A DNA stretch of 64,000 nt from Dehalococcoidia bacterium (GCA_009692935.1 SHYE01000001.1:4418-68417); one strand, 5' to 3'; counted from the first letter of the stretch, positions 26,921-37,424 are shown. Numbers and translations: made by a program. Notes: generated by a model from the letters alone, not told the origin.

Positions 26921-28003
26921 ATGAGCCTGCTGGAGGCGACCGTCGCGAGCATTGCGCCACTGAACGCAAGCGCGCAGACGGCTGCGCTCGCTCGCCAGAG
27001 CCAGCTCACCAAGCCACCGGGCGCCCTGGGGCGGCTGGAAGCACTGTCGGTCCAGATCGCCGGTATCACCGGAATGTTGTGCCCGCCCTTGGACCAACGT
27101 GCGGTCGTTGTTATGGCGGGCGATCATGGGGTAGCGCTGCAGGGTGTCAGCGCGTACCCGCGCGACGTGACCGCGCAGATGGTGCTGAACTTTCTTGCCG
27201 GCGGCGCTGCGGTCAACGTGCTTGCTCGGCAGATGAGTACCCGAGTGCGGATTGTCGACATCGGTGTAGCGTCGCCGCTGGCCCCGCACGCGGACTTGTT
27301 GTCGCGCCGGGTGGCGAATGGGACGGCGGATATCACGCTGGGCCCGGCGATGTCGCGAGACCAGGCCCGCCAAGCCGTCGAAATCGGGATCGAGGTGGTG
27401 ACGGCAGAGCATGCGCTGGGGCTGCATCTGGTGGCAACCGGCGAAATGGGCATCGGCAACACCACGCCCTCGGCGGCGTTGGTGTGTGCCTTCACCGGGG
27501 CAGACCCCGCCGTCGCGACCGGCCGCGGTACCGGAATCGACGATGACGCCTGGCAGCGCAAGGTGGCAGTGGTACGCAGGGGGCTGGCGCTGCATCGGCC
27601 CGACGCCAACGATGGGATGGGCACGCTGGCAGCGTTGGGCGGGTACGAGATCGCCGGATTGGCCGGGGTCATTCTCGGAGCAGCGGCACGCCGGGTCCCT
27701 GTCGTGATCGACGGGTTCATCTCTACTGCTGCGGCGCTTGCCGCCGTGGCTCTCGCTCCCGCCGCTCGCCCGTACCTGATCGCCAGCCACCGTTCGGCCG
27801 AGCCTGGGCACATCTTGGCCTTGAACCACCTTGGCCTGCATGCACTGTTGGATATGGACATGCGATTGGGTGAGGGCAGCGGGGCGCTGCTGGCCTTTCC
27901 GCTGGTCGAGGCGGCCGTCCGCACGCTGAACCAAATGGCAACCTTCGCCGACGCCGGAGTTTCAGGGCCGGCCGACCCCAACGAGCCTGGGCCGGCCCGT
28001 TAG
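26921..28003 (+). CDS. cobT: nicotinate-nucleotide--dimethylbenzimidazole phosphoribosyltransferase
   Basis: Start trimmed to the ATG at 26921 (MSLLEATVASIAPLNASAQTAAL...). CobT hallmarks VVMAGDHGV and GEMGIGNTT. Confidence 0.85.
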   Translation: MSLLEATVASIAPLNASAQTAALARQSQLTKPPGALGRLEALSVQIAGITGMLCPPLDQRAVVVMAGDHGVALQGVSAYPRDVTAQMVLNFLAGGAAVNVLARQMSTRVRIVDIGVASPLAPHADLLSRRVANGTADITLGPAMSRDQARQAVEIGIEVVTAEHALGLHLVATGEMGIGNTTPSAALVCAFTGADPAVATGRGTGIDDDAWQRKVAVVRRGLALHRPDANDGMGTLAALGGYEIAGLAGVILGAAARRVPVVIDGFISTAAALAAVALAPAARPYLIASHRSAEPGHILALNHLGLHALLDMDMRLGEGSGALLAFPLVEAAVRTLNQMATFADAGVSGPADPNEPGPAR

Positions 28004-28069
28004 GGTGTGGTTGGCGAAGTCTTGGCGGTGTCCGGCCTGGGCTAACGGCGAACAGGAACCACGGCGGCG

Positions 28070-28834
28070 TTGAGCGGATTCTTCGCCGCACTCGGTTTCC
28101 TGACGGTGATCCCGGTGCCGGGACGATCCTCCGATGGCCGCGATCTCGGCGCATCGCTCCTGTGGTTCCCCGTGGTGGGACTGCTGCTGGGCTTCGTAGT
28201 CGCGGTATTCGACGGCCTGGTGATTGCCGCGCTGGAGGCCAATGGGCCGGCGAGCACTCGCTCCGCGAGCTACCCAGCATTAGCGGTGGCCGCACTCGAT
28301 CTGGCGCTGCTTGCGGTGCTCACCGGCGGCCTGCACCTCGATGGTTTGGCCGACACCTTTGACGGGCTGTTTCACCCCGGGGGGCGGGAACGCCGGCTGG
28401 CAATCATGCGAGACAGCCGCAGCGGGCCGCATGGTGTCGCCGCTTTAGTGCTGGTGTTGTTCCTGCAGGCCGGGGCGTTAGCCGCCGTGCCGGCGTCGGA
28501 GCGGTTTACCACGCTTTTGCTGGCGCCATGCCTAGGCCGTTGGGCCCAGGTCATTGCGATTGCGGCATTCCCCTACGCCCGTCCTGAAGGCCGTGGCACG
28601 CCTTTCCACGTACCGGGGCGGCAATGGCGGGCGCTGCTCGCCACGGTACTCGTGCTGGTGGTTGCGGCCTTCGTATGCAGTGTGGGGCGCGGGACGCAGT
28701 TGGGTGCGGTGCTGGTGGCCACGCTGGGGTTCGGCTGGGTAGCGCGCCGCCAGTTGGGTGGCCTGACCGGCGACACCTACGGCGCTATTTGTGAGGTGTC
28801 GCAGGCGCTGGCGCTACTGCTGTACTGCCGCTAA
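28070..28834 (+). CDS. cobS: adenosylcobinamide-GDP ribazoletransferase (cobalamin synthase)
   Basis: 254-aa polytopic protein beginning FFAALGFLTVIPVP, directly after cobT. TTG start. Confidence 0.85.
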   Translation: MSGFFAALGFLTVIPVPGRSSDGRDLGASLLWFPVVGLLLGFVVAVFDGLVIAALEANGPASTRSASYPALAVAALDLALLAVLTGGLHLDGLADTFDGLFHPGGRERRLAIMRDSRSGPHGVAALVLVLFLQAGALAAVPASERFTTLLLAPCLGRWAQVIAIAAFPYARPEGRGTPFHVPGRQWRALLATVLVLVVAAFVCSVGRGTQLGAVLVATLGFGWVARRQLGGLTGDTYGAICEVSQALALLLYCR

Positions 28835-28844
28835 CACCGGCGCT

Positions 28845-29984
28845 TTATACCCTACCCCGCAAGGCAGCAGAGTCGGCCGTGTACCGATGGGCGCGGAAAA
28901 TGGCACGGTTGCGGCGGTCCCCGCGGTGCGGGAACTCGTGGGGATTCACGTACTCCCACACAATGGCGCCGTCGTGCGTTACCTCGAACAGGCGGCCCGT
29001 ACGGCCCTCGCAGATAGCGGTGTTGCCGTTCGACAGGCGCTGCGCCCCGCTGATGCCGGTGCTGAAGAAGGCCAGCTTCGGCTCGCCAGAGTACTCCCAG
29101 ACAATCTCCCCGGACGTGGGGTTCATCTCCACCACCCGTGAGTAGCAGCCGTTGAACCGGTGCTCACCGTTATCGAATATTAGGTAGTTGCCGTTTTCCA
29201 GTCGGCTGGGGTCATGCTGGTGCGAGAGTTGACCGGGGCCCCAGCGCCAGACCACCTCCCCCGAGGGCCGCTCGACGATAAGGATGGTGCTGGTCTGGCG
29301 GAAGCTGAGCAGCAGATTGCCGTCGGGCAGTTCTTCCACGCCGTTGCAGTGCGTCCACTCCTGCCGGCCCTCCAGGGGGCAGATCACCTCTAGCGATGGA
29401 TCCAGGTGGTTGCCGCCGTGCCATTCCCACACGGTTGAGCCATCAGGCGCAATCTCGGAGAGCGCATCGCTGATGATGGTCCCTGCCGCACGCTGCTGCC
29501 CACCCTGCCGCCCTACGAGGTCGGGTACCCAGCAAAAGTCAGCATCGATGATGCCGGGCGCCATTTCGCTGCCCGCGCGGCCGCCCTGCACTCGTCCCGT
29601 CACGCCGGGGTCCAGTACCTCCCAATTGATGACCATGGTATTCCCGTTGCGCAGGCGGCAGGTGTCGTGGTGCAGCGTAGGGTGTTCGTAGCGCCAGACC
29701 AGGTTGCCATCCCAGTCCAGTTCTAAGAGCGCCCCGGCAGCTCCGCCGAAGCTCCAGGTCTCCTTGCCGGTCACGCCCTGCACCAGCAGGTTGCCGTTGT
29801 CCAGAAACTGCGGGTAGAACGGCTTGATGCCGTCGGGCAGACTCCACGTCTTCACCGTCTCGCCGGCCAGATCGATCAGCCGCACCAGGTCGCCCGAGAG
29901 CGTGGCGAAGAGCACGAAGCCGCTGAAGGCCCTGTCCTTGTCCCAATGGGTGACGCCGGTCGGTGCGAACATTGAGTAACCCAT
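28845..29984 (-). CDS. arylsulfotransferase (ASST)-like beta-propeller protein
   Basis: Repeated NGN(L/T/Y)(L/M/I) blades (NGNLLV, NGNTMV, DGNLLLS, NGNYLIFDNG, NGNTAIC) typical of the ASST family. 379 aa, no signal peptide. Confidence 0.65.
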   Translation of the reverse strand: MGYSMFAPTGVTHWDKDRAFSGFVLFATLSGDLVRLIDLAGETVKTWSLPDGIKPFYPQFLDNGNLLVQGVTGKETWSFGGAAGALLELDWDGNLVWRYEHPTLHHDTCRLRNGNTMVINWEVLDPGVTGRVQGGRAGSEMAPGIIDADFCWVPDLVGRQGGQQRAAGTIISDALSEIAPDGSTVWEWHGGNHLDPSLEVICPLEGRQEWTHCNGVEELPDGNLLLSFRQTSTILIVERPSGEVVWRWGPGQLSHQHDPSRLENGNYLIFDNGEHRFNGCYSRVVEMNPTSGEIVWEYSGEPKLAFFSTGISGAQRLSNGNTAICEGRTGRLFEVTHDGAIVWEYVNPHEFPHRGDRRNRAIFRAHRYTADSAALRGRV

Positions 29985-30220
29985 AGTCCATCCCTTTCAC
30001 CGGAAGCTACGCAGACTATACGGGAGGCTCAGGCCCGGGGCCAGCACCGATCTCGCACTGCCACTGCTACGATGAACGGCATCACTCCGAACGTGAGCTG
30101 AACCCGCCGGCGGGATGTTCCCGTCGCAGGCGCTAACGGGTACCGACGTGCTCGTAAGAGTATTGTCAGAACCGTAGGTTATCGCAGCAATCATTCGGAG
30201 AGATTCGACGGAGGTGCAGC

Positions 30221-30749
30221 GTGCCGAGCGTTAGTGTCGTTAACCTCGTCCTCCTTTTGCCCGCTAGCGGTGTCGATATCAGCGGACGCAACGATCTTTG
30301 GGCGACGCTTGAGCGGGGCTCGCGGGCCATCGAGCGGTGGTACCAGGCCCAGGGCGAACGCGTGCTGCTGGTCCAGCCGGAGATGGTGTCTCACGACTTC
30401 GACCTGAGCGACCTGAACCCGTGGAGCGAGGTGCTCACCCACCTGAGGGCCCGTGGCTACAACTTCGATGTGGCCGACCCCGCCGTGCCAAACCGCCGGC
30501 TGGAGCAGTACTTGGTGTACTTGGCAGGGTGGCAGCCCGCGACGTCGGTCGCCGCCCACGGAGGCATGAGGCTCGCGGTGCTCGGGGAAGCGTGGTATGC
30601 CCTCGCCAAGCAGGGGGGACGGGCAGGATATCGCCAACGCGATCACCGCCCACGAGATTGGACACAGCCTGTATGGCGGCACGCATGATGCCGCCCCCGC
30701 CAAGCTGATGAGCCTGGGGGCCAGACCGCTGAGCATGCAAAGCCTCTAG
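30221..30749 (+). pseudogene. zincin-like metallopeptidase-motif protein (HEIGHSLYGGTH) split by a +1 frameshift in a G6 run at 30614-30619
   Basis: Removing one G from gggggg joins the 155-aa ORF to the downstream frame, giving ...ALAKQGDGQDIANAITAHEIGHSLYGGTHDAAPAKLMSLGARPLSMQSL*. Confidence 0.45.
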
Positions 30750-31038
30750 CGAGTGCGCGGCACGTAGTGGGGTGTAGCTCGGCTCGCGGCCTTCGGATGA
30801 GCGCGATCGTCCCTCAGCCCGCCCCTGGAACTTCTTAGGAGTCGAGGGGGGGAAGCCCCTCGAACACGCCCGCCAGAAAGGGCTGCCGCCCTCTCGCGCT
30901 TTTGTCGACCTCACGGTAAGTGCGTCGCACCACTAGCCGGATGCAGCCCCAAGTCTGCCCGCAGCTGGGACTCGAGTGAGCGTGTTGGCAAGTCGTGGGG
31001 CTGCTAGAATGGCCCCACCAACTCACGGAGCAGTCAAC

Positions 31039-31914
31039 ATGCGCATTGGCGTTACCTTTCCCCAAGCCGACATCCCAACCGACCGCGCCGCCGTGAAGGA
31101 GTACGCCCAGACGGTGGAGGCGATGGGCTTCTGGCACATTGCGGTGTACGACCATGTGCTGGGCGCCAACCCGGCGAGCAGACCCGGCCAGCGGTTCTTT
31201 TACAACCACGAGTCGCTGTTCCACGAGCCCATGGTGCTGTTCGGCTACTTAGCCGGGCTGACCGAAACGGTTGAACTGGTCAGCAAGATCATCATCCTGC
31301 CGCAGCGACAGACCGTGCTTGCGGCGAAACAAGCTGCCGCTGTCGATGTGCTGAGCGGTGGACGGCTGCGATATGGCGTTGGCCTGGGCTGGAACGCGGT
31401 GGAGTACGAGGCGCTGAACGAGGATTTCCACAACCGCGGCACACGGCTGGAGGAGCAGGTGGCGGTGATGCGCTCGCTCTGGGCCGAGCCGCTGGTCACG
31501 TTCCAAGGGGCGTACCACACCATTACCGACGCCGGTATCAACCCCCTGCCCATCCAGCGTCCGATCCCGGTGTGGATCGGCGGCGGGGCGGTCGACGCCT
31601 CCTTCGGCCGGATCGCGCGTATTGGAGATGGTTGGTTCCCGCAGGTGCCGGCTACCGGGGCCAAGGAGGCGGTCGAGCGCATGCAGGGCCTGGTGCGCGA
31701 CGCCGGCCGCGACGTGGCCACATTCGGGATCGAGGGCAGCGTCAACTTGAGCCTGGGCGGGCCGCAGGAGTGGGCGGAGGCTACCGACCTCTGGCGCGCC
31801 GCCGGGGCCAGTCATCTGGCCTTCACCACGCTCAACGCCAAGCTTCCCACGTTGGCGGCGCACCTCGACGCGCTGCGCCAATTCGCCGAGGTGGTGGACC
31901 CGCGGGCGGAGTGA
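31039..31914 (+). CDS. luciferase-like monooxygenase family (LLM) oxidoreductase, F420-dependent class
   Basis: Start trimmed to the ATG at 31039 (MRIGVTFPQADIPTD) with GGAG RBS. LLM fold signatures WHIAVYDH..G.NP and RLRYGVGLGW. Confidence 0.8.
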   Translation: MRIGVTFPQADIPTDRAAVKEYAQTVEAMGFWHIAVYDHVLGANPASRPGQRFFYNHESLFHEPMVLFGYLAGLTETVELVSKIIILPQRQTVLAAKQAAAVDVLSGGRLRYGVGLGWNAVEYEALNEDFHNRGTRLEEQVAVMRSLWAEPLVTFQGAYHTITDAGINPLPIQRPIPVWIGGGAVDASFGRIARIGDGWFPQVPATGAKEAVERMQGLVRDAGRDVATFGIEGSVNLSLGGPQEWAEATDLWRAAGASHLAFTTLNAKLPTLAAHLDALRQFAEVVDPRAE

Positions 31915-31954
31915 TCCCCCACGCTTTCCGTTTGTGGTGAACCAGCCTGTGCCC

Positions 31955-31993
31955 CCATCCTAGCCCTCTCCCTTAGGGAGAGGGCTAGGATGG
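31955..31993. repeat. REP-like palindrome ccatcctagccctctccc-tta-gggagagggctaggatgg
   Basis: 18-bp perfect arms sharing the CCCTCTCCC/GGGAGAGGG core seen at 36125-36147, 43753-43776 and 62625-62647. Confidence 0.6.
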
Positions 31994-32248
31994 CTACGCG
32001 GGCCGGACGATGTTGACCTGGTGCCCCTTCACCTCGACGATCCATCGGGTGTCGGTCAGTTCGCGCGGGTCCCGCACGTCGTAGGCGCCAAACACCAGGT
32101 CGGCCTCGCGTCCGGCCAGCGTGCGCTGCAGCACGTCAGCCTCGTCGGTGAAGCTGATGCGCAGGCGGGTGACCGGCACGCCGCCGACGGTGCGCCCCGT
32201 CCACACGCTGACCACGGTGCCGATATGCAGGCCATCGGGCAGGCTCAT
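31994..32248 (-). CDS. hypothetical 84-aa protein
   Basis: ORF with genome-typical codon bias. No motif recognised. Confidence 0.35.
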   Translation of the reverse strand: MSLPDGLHIGTVVSVWTGRTVGGVPVTRLRISFTDEADVLQRTLAGREADLVFGAYDVRDPRELTDTRWIVEVKGHQVNIVRPA

Positions 32249-32324
32249 GGGCGAGGCTGGGTCGCGGCGGCGTGGTGATGCATGGTGTCAGGGTAGCGGG
32301 GTTGGGGGGCGCAGGCAACGGCGG

Positions 32325-32946
32325 TCACATCCGGATGGCGTGAATCTCCAGGACGGCGGTGCCGTCGGAGTGCTCGGTCCAGTCGAACGAATGGTAATGG
32401 GCCAGGTAGGCTTCGGCGTCGCGTTGCGAGCGAAATAGCCCGTGCTCGTTCAGCCTCGCGAAGTGCTCGGCGAATAGCACTCCCTCTTGGTCGGTGCCGT
32501 GCCAGCGGGGCAGAAAGAGCGCGTCGCAGATGCAACTGAAGTGGTCGGAGTTGGTGTACGCCACATCAAAGCCCAGCAGGCGGGCTTGGGGCGGCAGTGC
32601 CCGCGTGTCGCCCGGCACCCGCTGGAAGATGACCTCGCAGTCCCTCGTATCCTTGCCCAGCGCCCGCCATACCAACCGCAGATCGCCGTAGCCCCAAATC
32701 AGGCTGTCGTCCCACGGCGTGAGTGACTCCAGTCTGGTCATCACCTGCGTCGCTGGGATCGCCACCAGCGGCTTCATGCCTTTCACGGCGCGTTCGGCGT
32801 TGTGCTTCGCACCGTCGGCCATCGAGAGTGCGGCGAGGGGCTCCCGGTCGGTGCCACGGTAGGCGAACGCGCTTCCACCCGCCTGCGATCGCCTCGGTCA
32901 CCAGCGCCGCGTACGGCCGGACGATCAGAAAGCCTGACGTGGCCAT
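32325..32946 (-). pseudogene. hypothetical protein (about 207 aa when a frameshift near 32885-32895 is corrected)
   Basis: Frame A (MATSGFLIVRPYAALVTEAIAGG...) and frame B (...SAFAYRGTDREPLAALSMADGAKHNAERAVKGMKPLVAIPATQ...) join smoothly at a GGG run. No family assigned. Confidence 0.35.
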
Positions 32947-32956
32947 GCGGACGCCC

Positions 32957-35900
32957 TTACGTCGTCAACCGTCGATACAGCGCCGGCAGGCGGTGGGGGA
33001 GGGCTTCCAGGTTGCTGACCATCTCGTAGCCCATGTCGCCGCACATCTGTTTCAGGTAGTCGTGGCCCTCTTTGTCGATTGAGACGACGAAGGGGGTGAT
33101 GCCGCGGGCACGCGCTTCCCGGAACGCGGCCTTGGTGTCGTGCACCGCGTACTCGTTCTCGCCGTCGCTATGGCGTTGCATCGTGCTGCCGGTGGCGTCG
33201 TAGCCGTAAACGCCGTAATCCTTATCTTGCGGGCGGCCGTCGGTCAGCAGCAGCAGCAGCTTGGTCTGCGCCTGTGCAGCGGCCAGCTTGGCGGTGGCGT
33301 GGCGCACCGCGGGGCCAATGCGGGTGCCCTGCAGCGGCACAATGCTATCGATGCGGGCCTTCACTTGAGGCGACGCCATCTCGTCCGGTTCCTTCAGCGT
33401 GTAGAAGCGCACCTCGCCCCGGCCCGCGCTCGAGAACCCGTAGATGCCGTAGGGGTCGCCCAGCCGGTCCAGCGCCTCGATCAGCAGCACCAGGGCTTCT
33501 TTCTCCAGCTCGATGATGCGCTTGGTGGCGGTATTGTGGCTCAGCTCCGGCGGCATGCCCGGCGACGCCTCCTGGATGTAGCGCGCCGAGTAGTAGCGAA
33601 TGTCCTCGTCCACCCGCTCGCCGGTGCTGAAGCTCATGTCCAGCAGCACGCTCACCACCACGCTGCGCTCGGTGCTGCGCCGCCGCCAGTAGATCTTGTC
33701 GGCACGGCCATTGCCCGACCGCCTGTCGATCACCGACTCCACCAACGCGTCGAGGTCGAAGTCCTCGCCGTCCAGCAGGCGCTTCACCGGTGCCATGCCC
33801 TGCGGCCGCAGCATCTCGAACTGGCGGCGCACCTGCAGCACTAGGCCGGGGTGCTCTTGCACCGTCTTCTGATAGAACTCGCCCTTGCCCTCGGCCAGCT
33901 TCTGTTCCAGCACCCGGCACCAGCGCTGCCGGTAGCCGCCGATGCGGTAGTCCCACTCGTCGTAGAAGCTGATGGTGCCGGCGTCGTCGGTGATGCTATC
34001 GAACACCGAGGGCGAGCGGTTGCGCATGGCGCGGGTGTCGGGAATCGCCTGATCGGGGTCCACGCTGAACAGCGTCGACTCGGGCTTCTCGTCGTCGTCC
34101 AACAGCACTTGTGGCGTCTTGGGACGGCCGTCGGCCTCCTCCCGCTCCCGCATCTCGTCGGCCACCTGTTGGATGATCCGCTGGATGTCCTCGAACGCGT
34201 TCTGCTCGACGCGCGCCTGCATCTCCATCAGGTTCTGCATCTGCTCCGGCTGCGGCTCGGCGTGGTGGTCCACCGACTGTGGGCTATGGTACGGCGATTC
34301 CGGCTCGTCCCAGGTCATCATCTCGGGCGGCACAATGCCCTCGCCCTCGGCCTTGTTCACCCGATGGAACTCGGCGATCAAATCGTTCACGACGTCGGCC
34401 GCGGGGTCGTAGTGCGCGGTGGTGGGGTCAATCTCCACCCACTCGCTGCGGGGAATGATGTCGGTGGGCAGGTTGGGCACCGCCCGTATCAGAATGTAGA
34501 GCCGCAGCGCGGCCTCGGCGGCGTCCTCCACCGTCGCGGCGTCGCCCTGCCGCCCGCGGCCCGCCAGCAGGTCGACGATCCCCAGCGCCTGCCGCACCCG
34601 CTCGACGAACGCTCGCGGCGCCTGCAGCGGGCACTCGGGATCCAGGCTGTGGCGGATGAGCTGCTCGACCACGAACTCGCGCAGCGGCAGCAGGGCGGCG
34701 TCGGGCCGGCGCTCCAGCGTGTGGCGTTGCACCGTGCCATAGGCCGACCGGATACCGCGGTACTCGCCCCACATGCGGGCGTCGATGCGGGCGTCTTCAG
34801 CAATGGCAAACACGTCGCGGCCCAGCCGCTGGTGGCGGAACAGCGTGAAGTAGCGGTCGAGCTGGGTGGGGAAGAGCGTCGGGTTGGCGCCGCCCGTCTC
34901 CACCTCGGTGCGGACCGTCGGGAACACTGCGCCCGGCGTCTCGAACCCGAAGCCGTAAGTGCCAAAAGTGAAGTGGCCGGTCTGGTGCGCCACGTTCACC
35001 TTGTACACCGAGAAGTTGGCCTCCTTGGTCGGCAGCCGATCGACCAGCGGCGCGGCGAACACCGTGGGCATCGGGGTCTCACCGCTGTCCTCGGGCGTCC
35101 AAGTGCCCTGACGCAGCGCCAGCCCCGCGGTGGTGATCAAGTTGACGGAGCGCCCGGTGAGCCCTTGCGCGTACATCCGCAGCACCTCCCGCACCTCCTC
35201 CAGCGCGATGCTCGGCGAGAGCGCCCGCACGTTCTCCAGCGAGGTGCGCGACAACAGCGAGAAGTAGTTCACCGCCTCCTCTTCGAGCGCCGGCAGCAAA
35301 TCGTGGCCGCCGCGGTACCACTGCGGCAGTGCGTCGTCGGTCAGCCGCTCGGCCACGTTCTCGGCGGCGCGGGCCAGCGCGAAGGCGGCGCGGGGCGAGG
35401 CGTGCGCCAAGTCGATGGTGAGGTGCAGCATGGCGGCCTTGCGCTCGGGGTCAGGCAGCCGACGCCACAGGACGGCCTCGTGCAGCAGGTTCATGGCCAC
35501 GCCGGGCCGGGCGGCCACCAGCGGATCCATGCGCTCGAACAGCGCGCCGAGTTCGGCGGGCGCCAGCTTAGGGAAGAACTCGGCGCAACACCAGGTGACG
35601 GTCTCCAGCACCTGCGGATGGTGCGCCACCGTGCCCTGCATGATGCGCAGCAGGTGACGCTGCAGCGGCGGCCGCAGCCGTCCCAGGTTGCGCAGCAGCG
35701 AGGTGAGCAGCGCCGCCGACTCCAGGTGCGACTCCGGCGCGTGCCGCAGCGCGATGCGCATAAGCCCGGTACGCACCGACCGCGGAATGTTGGCTCCCAA
35801 CCCCAGCGCCGCCAGCGCCACGTGCCCGCCATCCTGAAACCGCCGGGCCAGCCGCAGCGCGCCGTTGGCCCACTCCAGCATGCCGCTGGCGCCGTAGACC

Positions 35901-36067
35901 GCGATGGCCTCCGGGGTGCGGGCGCATAGCTCGGCGGTGGCCTGCGGGCTCAGGGTGTGGCAGGCGGTCACCGCGCGCTCCCAATGCGCCAAAGCGCGGA
36001 GCGGCAGCAGCGGCGTAACCGCGGCGAGCGCCGGCCGGTAGGCGGCGGGAATCGAGGGGGTGGTCAT
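32957..36067 (-). CDS. NorD/CbbO-family protein with C-terminal von Willebrand factor A domain, unusually long (1036 aa)
   Basis: C-terminal vWA/MIDAS region (VVVSVLLDMSFSTGE...LLLLTDGRPQD...TPFVVSID) and central FYDEWDYRIGGYRQRW motif characteristic of COG4548. Sits downstream of a CbbQ/NorQ ATPase gene. Confidence 0.75.
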   Translation of the reverse strand: MTTPSIPAAYRPALAAVTPLLPLRALAHWERAVTACHTLSPQATAELCARTPEAIAVYGASGMLEWANGALRLARRFQDGGHVALAALGLGANIPRSVRTGLMRIALRHAPESHLESAALLTSLLRNLGRLRPPLQRHLLRIMQGTVAHHPQVLETVTWCCAEFFPKLAPAELGALFERMDPLVAARPGVAMNLLHEAVLWRRLPDPERKAAMLHLTIDLAHASPRAAFALARAAENVAERLTDDALPQWYRGGHDLLPALEEEAVNYFSLLSRTSLENVRALSPSIALEEVREVLRMYAQGLTGRSVNLITTAGLALRQGTWTPEDSGETPMPTVFAAPLVDRLPTKEANFSVYKVNVAHQTGHFTFGTYGFGFETPGAVFPTVRTEVETGGANPTLFPTQLDRYFTLFRHQRLGRDVFAIAEDARIDARMWGEYRGIRSAYGTVQRHTLERRPDAALLPLREFVVEQLIRHSLDPECPLQAPRAFVERVRQALGIVDLLAGRGRQGDAATVEDAAEAALRLYILIRAVPNLPTDIIPRSEWVEIDPTTAHYDPAADVVNDLIAEFHRVNKAEGEGIVPPEMMTWDEPESPYHSPQSVDHHAEPQPEQMQNLMEMQARVEQNAFEDIQRIIQQVADEMREREEADGRPKTPQVLLDDDEKPESTLFSVDPDQAIPDTRAMRNRSPSVFDSITDDAGTISFYDEWDYRIGGYRQRWCRVLEQKLAEGKGEFYQKTVQEHPGLVLQVRRQFEMLRPQGMAPVKRLLDGEDFDLDALVESVIDRRSGNGRADKIYWRRRSTERSVVVSVLLDMSFSTGERVDEDIRYYSARYIQEASPGMPPELSHNTATKRIIELEKEALVLLIEALDRLGDPYGIYGFSSAGRGEVRFYTLKEPDEMASPQVKARIDSIVPLQGTRIGPAVRHATAKLAAAQAQTKLLLLLTDGRPQDKDYGVYGYDATGSTMQRHSDGENEYAVHDTKAAFREARARGITPFVVSIDKEGHDYLKQMCGDMGYEMVSNLEALPHRLPALYRRLTT

Positions 36068-36118
36068 CGGGTCGATGTTCCTCTAGCGCAGGTGTGGGCC
36101 GCGGCGCGAACGACCCTC

Positions 36119-36252
36119 TCCCTACCCTCTCCCTGCCAGGGAGAGGGGTATCGGCCGCGGGGCGAGACGCTCGCCGTGGGGCTAACAGCGGGAGATAAGC
36201 CACCGTCGGGGCGAGGCACTCCCTCCCTTGAGGGAGAGAGCCGGAGAGAGGG
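36119..36252. repeat. cluster of REP-like palindromes inside the norQ-norD-like intergenic gap
   Basis: ccctctccc-tgcca-gggagaggg at 36125-36147 and ccctccc-ttga-gggagag at 36221-36238. Confidence 0.5.
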
Positions 36253-36356
36253 TGGCCCGCCGTACATCGAATAGCACGCCGCGGCATCTCGATCGCGCAG
36301 CGGCGACTGGACCTTACGCTGTCCTGGCATCGTGATGCTCACGGCTGCGGCCGGGC

Positions 36357-37235
36357 CTAGGCGAACACGGTGGAGGCCAGCTCCCGCAGTGTGCGCTGCA
36401 TATCCGACTCATCGCTGAGCGCCGACACGATGGCCACGTCGCAGGCTCGGCGCGGCGGGATGCCCTGCTTGATGAGCCGGCCGGCGTAGATCAGCAGGCG
36501 GGTGCTCACGCCCTCCTGCAAGCCGTGCTCGGTGAGGTTCCGCACCTTCTCGGCCAGCTTCGCGAGGTCGAGCGCGGTGCCGGCGTCCACCCCGCTCTCG
36601 TGCTCGATGACCTCGGCCTCAAGCGCACGGGGCGGGTAGCTGAACTCCAGGGCGATGAAGCGTTGGCGGGTGCTGTGCTTCAGGTCCTTCAGCACGCTCT
36701 GGTAGCCAGGGTTGTAGCTGATAACCAGCATGAACCCATCGTCCGCGGTCAGCACCTGGCCCAGCTTCTCGATTGGCAGAATGCGGCGGTGGTCGGTGAG
36801 TGGGTGAATCAGCACCGTGGTGTCTTTGCGGGCCTCCACCACTTCGTCCAGGTAGCAGATGGCGCCGGCGCGCACCGAACGGGTGAGCGGACCGTCCATC
36901 CAGATGGTGCTGTCGCCCTCCAGCAGATAGCGGCCCACCAGATCGCTCGCGGTCAGGTCCTCATGGCAGGCCACCGTGATCAGCGGCCGCGCCCCCGAGG
37001 CGCCGTTGCTCGATCCGTTAGGCCGGACGGCCGCCACGTTCCTGCCCAGCCGCCAGGCCATGTGCTCCACAAAGCGCGTCTTACCGCAGCCAGTGGGACC
37101 CTTCAGCAGCACCGGAATGCGTTCGTCGAAGGCGGCTTCGAACACCTCAATCTCATCGTGCTGAGGCAGGTAGTACGGCTCCTCGGTGGCGACATACTCT
37201 TCCATCGCAAACAGATGCTGGGCTACCTCGGACAT
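36357..37235 (-). CDS. CbbQ/NirQ/NorQ-family MoxR AAA+ ATPase
   Basis: N-terminal [44 protein letters not shown] closely matches the NorQ/CbbQ N-terminus with Walker A. 292 aa. Confidence 0.85.
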   Translation of the reverse strand: MSEVAQHLFAMEEYVATEEPYYLPQHDEIEVFEAAFDERIPVLLKGPTGCGKTRFVEHMAWRLGRNVAAVRPNGSSNGASGARPLITVACHEDLTASDLVGRYLLEGDSTIWMDGPLTRSVRAGAICYLDEVVEARKDTTVLIHPLTDHRRILPIEKLGQVLTADDGFMLVISYNPGYQSVLKDLKHSTRQRFIALEFSYPPRALEAEVIEHESGVDAGTALDLAKLAEKVRNLTEHGLQEGVSTRLLIYAGRLIKQGIPPRRACDVAIVSALSDESDMQRTLRELASTVFA

Positions 37236-37424
37236 AGGCGACTCCTGGCGGGCAGGTCATGGTCTGCCGCTGCGCTTTGACTGGTTAGCACAAGCATAGC
37301 GCCTTGGGTCAACCGCGGCCAGAGCGCGCGGCGCAGGACCATACGAAGCGTCACCGTGGGTCGTCTGGCTCTCGGGCGGCGAGCTTAGCGGATATGCGGG
37401 CATTTCCCCGTAAACTGGCGTACC

